Program-made: the position numbers and the translations under genes | Notes under the pieces: generated by a model | Database searches by the model: none | Told to the model about the DNA's origin: nothing | Seen by the model: only the letters and a program-made list of their open reading frames with translations | DNA from: Spirochaetota bacterium | Lineage (GTDB): Bacteria > Spirochaetota > UBA4802 > JAFGDQ01 | NCBI GenBank assembly: GCA_043803405.1 | Contig: JAZDKB010000018.1 | Span: 96,001 to 160,000, forward strand | DNA length: 64,000 nucleotides | Direction of reading: 5' to 3' | Shown here: piece after piece, positions 60,786 to 64,000 of the stretch | How the letters are laid out: every line of letters begins with the position of its first letter | Numbering within the stretch: position 1 is the first letter of the stretch

Positions 60786-61651
60786 AACGATTAGTTTACA
60801 ACTATCTGTCAAAAACATCCAGGCTTTTCGGCATCTGGATTTTCCTCACTGCGGCCTGGTGGATATCTACAGGATATTTCCTCCTGTTCCCTGGACGCGT
60901 TAAAATAAGCATGGACTTTTACAAAGCGCTTTTTCCAGGTAAAAGTATTTTCTTCTGTATGCGTTGTTCATGGAAGCAGTTCCACAATTTCACGAACGTA
61001 TTTATTGACAGATTTATTCTGCACGATTTTAACGATATTACATACACGTCCGAGGGATGGGAGCATATTGAATATGCTGCCCGTGAAAAGACAGGCGGAA
61101 TTCTGGTAATGTCGCACATAGGCAACTGGGAGGTTGCTGCGCATCTGTTAAGGCGCGAAAAAATAAACATGCTTCTTTACATGGGCATTAAACAGAAAGA
61201 ACAGATTGAGCGCACACAGAAAGAGAGCCTTGCGAAAAGCGGGCTTAAAATAATAGCTGTGATGCAGGAAGAGAGTTCTCCGTTTGACATTCTGGAAGGC
61301 ATTAACTTCCTGAAAGACGGCGGCCTTGTTTCGCTCACAGGCGACCGCATCTGGAGAGGAGATCAGAGAGCTGTAGGAGTAAGTTTTCTGGGGCACAAAG
61401 CGCTTGTTCCGGAAACGCCGTATATTTTCGCCCTTCTTTCCGGAGCCCCGGTATTCTTTTTCTTCACGTTCCGCACAGGCAAAAAGCAGTATCATTTTAA
61501 AATATCGCAGCCCATGTACATCAGGTCCGCATCCCGCAAAGGACGTAAAGAAATCATAAAAAAAACAGCCCAGCATTATGCTGAAATAATGGAAGCAAAT
61601 CTGCGCCAGTATCCTTACGAATGGTTTCATTTCGAGAGATTTATTAATTAA
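60782..61651 (+). CDS. Lysophospholipid / LpxL-like acyltransferase
   Basis: SHIGNWE, GDR, YPYEWFHF. Confidence 0.88.
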   Translation: MKRLVYNYLSKTSRLFGIWIFLTAAWWISTGYFLLFPGRVKISMDFYKALFPGKSIFFCMRCSWKQFHNFTNVFIDRFILHDFNDITYTSEGWEHIEYAAREKTGGILVMSHIGNWEVAAHLLRREKINMLLYMGIKQKEQIERTQKESLAKSGLKIIAVMQEESSPFDILEGINFLKDGGLVSLTGDRIWRGDQRAVGVSFLGHKALVPETPYIFALLSGAPVFFFFTFRTGKKQYHFKISQPMYIRSASRKGRKEIIKKTAQHYAEIMEANLRQYPYEWFHFERFIN

Positions 61652-61706
61652 TGCCCCCACCCGGCCATTGCTGACGCTCGGCTGACATGGTGTTGTCTTA
61701 AAAGAA

Positions 61707-61844
61707 TGCCACGGAGACACTGAGACACAGAGTTTAATAATAATTTTTCAAATAGTTTAAGATATTATTAACCATAAGAGATATTTTTCATTAAAACAAC
61801 GTTATTCGAATAAAAATCCTTTGTGTCTCTGCGCCTCTGTGGCA
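61707..61844. repeat. CACAGAG-type inverted-repeat element
   Basis: TGCCACGGAGACACTGAGACACAGAG / CTTTGTGTCTCTGCGCCTCTGTGGCA. Confidence 0.8.
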
Positions 61845-61913
61845 AATTTTTTATTATGAGATGCTTCAAGGATAAATATCGCAGTCTAGGTTGAAAAAAT
61901 AAATATTAATTCT

Positions 61914-63170
61914 TTACACTCTTCCGAATTTCGCACCTGCCAGCTTCCTCTCCCTGTGCCTGAACGTGTTGTCTGCTTTTTCTTTCTCAACCACCTTTTT
62001 GATAAGCTTGAACATTTTATAGGACTGCGGTTCGTCTTTATAAAACGTGTCCCATGCGTACTGCAATAGTTCCTGAAGCTTTTCAGGAGAGAGATTTTTA
62101 GGCTGAAAAACAACTTTGTCAGCGCTGTATTCATTCCAGTCGTATGAAAAAATGCGGTTATCTCTCTTCAGGTCTTCATAAGCTTTCGAATGCGGGAACG
62201 GAGTAAGCACTGTAAACTCAGCAAGGTCCAGATCGATCTCCAGCAGAAAATCGATAAGCTTTTTTATGTAATCTTCGGTATGGTCGTCCAGTCCGAGAAG
62301 TATTGTGCCCTCAACACCTATCCCGAAATCCTTGTAGCGCTTAATCCTGCTGCGTATGTAATCGGACGTGTCGAATACAGCCTGGTACACGTACCACGCG
62401 CCCGCTTTCGCGGCAAGCTCCAGCACCTCGTTGTCGTCCTCGATAGGGTGGCAGCACCATTTCTTCTTTAACGGGATCATTTCGCGGAAAAGCTCCATCT
62501 CCCATTCTTTGTTCTGCGCGAGCGAGTTGTCCACTATGAACAGCCTGTTGTTGTCAATGCTTTCCAGCTCTTCCAGCACCCTGTCTATTGGCCTTGGCCT
62601 GAACATCCTGCCGCCGAGATACGGAGTACAGCATGGATAGCAGTTGAACCTGCATCCGCGCGAAGCGTGAAAGAGATCGACCATCTGTATGCCTTTATAA
62701 TTATACAGCTCCTTTTTTAATATATCCCTTCTCGCGGGGCCTACCATTTCAATTGGCATAAAGTCGTTCAAATAATTATAAACTTTTTTAAGGCTGTTGT
62801 TTTTAAAATCAATAAATATTTCTTCCATTCTGCCTTCGGCCTCGCCCAGAAAAACAGAGTCAGCGTGCTCCGCTGTCTCTTCTGCGTGAAGCATTGTCGC
62901 TATGCCGCCGAATATCACTTTTATGCCCCTGCGCCTGTACTCGTCCGCAATTGCCCAACCGCGCTTTATCTGGCAGGTCAGCATCATTGAAATGCCCACA
63001 AAGTCGGCCGTATCGTCAAAGTTCAGCTCTTCCACGTTCTCGTCAGTAAAGTCGATGTCAACATAATCGGGCAGCGCTGCTGCCATTGTTACTGGCCCGT
63101 GAGGCGGCAGATGGAATTCCGTTTGCCCTGTCAGCTTTTTCCACGCGGGATATATGAGTTTGAATTTCAT
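61914..63170 (-). CDS. B12-binding radical SAM protein
   Basis: N-terminal cobalamin-binding-like domain (IFGGI); SRGCRFNCYPC CX3CX2C. Confidence 0.9.
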   Translation of the reverse strand: MKFKLIYPAWKKLTGQTEFHLPPHGPVTMAAALPDYVDIDFTDENVEELNFDDTADFVGISMMLTCQIKRGWAIADEYRRRGIKVIFGGIATMLHAEETAEHADSVFLGEAEGRMEEIFIDFKNNSLKKVYNYLNDFMPIEMVGPARRDILKKELYNYKGIQMVDLFHASRGCRFNCYPCCTPYLGGRMFRPRPIDRVLEELESIDNNRLFIVDNSLAQNKEWEMELFREMIPLKKKWCCHPIEDDNEVLELAAKAGAWYVYQAVFDTSDYIRSRIKRYKDFGIGVEGTILLGLDDHTEDYIKKLIDFLLEIDLDLAEFTVLTPFPHSKAYEDLKRDNRIFSYDWNEYSADKVVFQPKNLSPEKLQELLQYAWDTFYKDEPQSYKMFKLIKKVVEKEKADNTFRHRERKLAGAKFGRV

Positions 63171-63180
63171 TAACAGCTCC

Positions 63181-63221
63181 AAAAAAATACTCCCTCCATT
63201 TTGATGGAGGGAGTATTTTTT
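63181..63221. terminator. Bidirectional intrinsic terminator
   Basis: AAAAAAATACTCCCTCCAT-TTG-ATGGAGGGAGTATTTTTT. Confidence 0.85.
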
Positions 63222-63281
63222 ATCAAGTTTATTATATTATAATGAGCTTATAAATCAGTATAAATAATAAGTTGTTATTAA

Positions 63282-63854
63282 TTATTGCTCTATCTTTTCA
63301 TTTATAAAATAAACCAGGTTGTAAACACAATTGTTTACGCGGCCTTCAAAGCCCCAACCGGAAACATCCATTGCAGCTTTTGAATAAATACTCGCGGTTA
63401 CCTTGTATAATTCTCTTCCGGATTTTCCGTCAATAAAATGTATAGTCAGGTCGAGTGTATCTGATCCTGCCATAGCTCCAAAGAAAATCTTCGCCGCTGT
63501 GCTTGTGCGCTGTACATATTCCACGTTTGAAAATTTAATAACAAGCCCGTCATTTTCAGGCTGATTATTTTTTGAAGCAACTACTGTAGATTTCTTTTCA
63601 GTTATAAGTTTATTAAAGTAATCAGGCATGTTTTTCTGATTCATGAAATTGATAGCTTCTACCCATTTTTCTTTCTTTTCATATCCAAAATCTTTCCACT
63701 TGTTCTCATTCAGATCAAGCCATCCGACATTTATTACCTTATACTTCTTAAGGTCGCCTGAGACTTTAGTTTCTTGTACAACGCCCCAGTAAGAGGTACA
63801 TCCAAATGTAAACATTGCAAAACCAAGAAGAATAATAAATAAGCTTTTTCTCAT
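63282..63854 (-). CDS. Lipoprotein (DUF4410-like)
   Basis: Lipobox TFGC; AAKIFFGAMAGSD. Confidence 0.75.
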   Translation of the reverse strand: MRKSLFIILLGFAMFTFGCTSYWGVVQETKVSGDLKKYKVINVGWLDLNENKWKDFGYEKKEKWVEAINFMNQKNMPDYFNKLITEKKSTVVASKNNQPENDGLVIKFSNVEYVQRTSTAAKIFFGAMAGSDTLDLTIHFIDGKSGRELYKVTASIYSKAAMDVSGWGFEGRVNNCVYNLVYFINEKIEQ

Positions 63855-64000
63855 AATAATCCCCTATAAAATTTTATTAGTTAAATACAACTTATATAAA
63901 AATTATGGCTTAATATTCGATATATTTTTATTTTTTGTCAACCAGTATTTCCTGCCAGGCCAAAACCTCACATCTTTTCAAAGCTGATCAGCTCAAGGAA

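Overview
Low-GC bacterial chromosomal window, probably Spirochaetota (Leptospira-like DUF1577/PilZ protein, spirochaete-style lipoproteins; taxon is inference). Housekeeping genes (prfB 5' part, tsaE/tsaB, nadC, uvrB, dtd, glgP, ccsBA) are interleaved with much accessory DNA: about seven toxin-antitoxin-like modules, a signal-peptide S74 autochaperone protein, two paralogous beta-propeller lipoproteins, a frameshifted REP-associated tyrosine transposase (RAYT) with GTAG REPs, and a 1907-aa SpvB/FG-GAP/RHS protein. The RHS gene is followed by a repeat-delimited array of nuclease/TA cassettes (DUF559, NYN, MazF pair, HicAB). At the right end is a scattered lipid/aryl-polyene-like tailoring gene set. 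Main unexplained structure: (1) four unrelated genes each have a diverged, mostly synonymous copy of their 3' end 1-4 kb downstream, bracketing cargo genes, with no integrase in the window; (2) a ~200-nt G.U-supported structured RNA candidate upstream of the RAYT/RHS locus; (3) a ~115-bp repeat separating the post-RHS cassettes; (4) a twin UUCG-hairpin leader on the NYN gene; (5) several palindromic/MITE-like families. No tRNA, rRNA or CRISPR array was recognised. All family calls come from motif recognition by eye, not from database searches.
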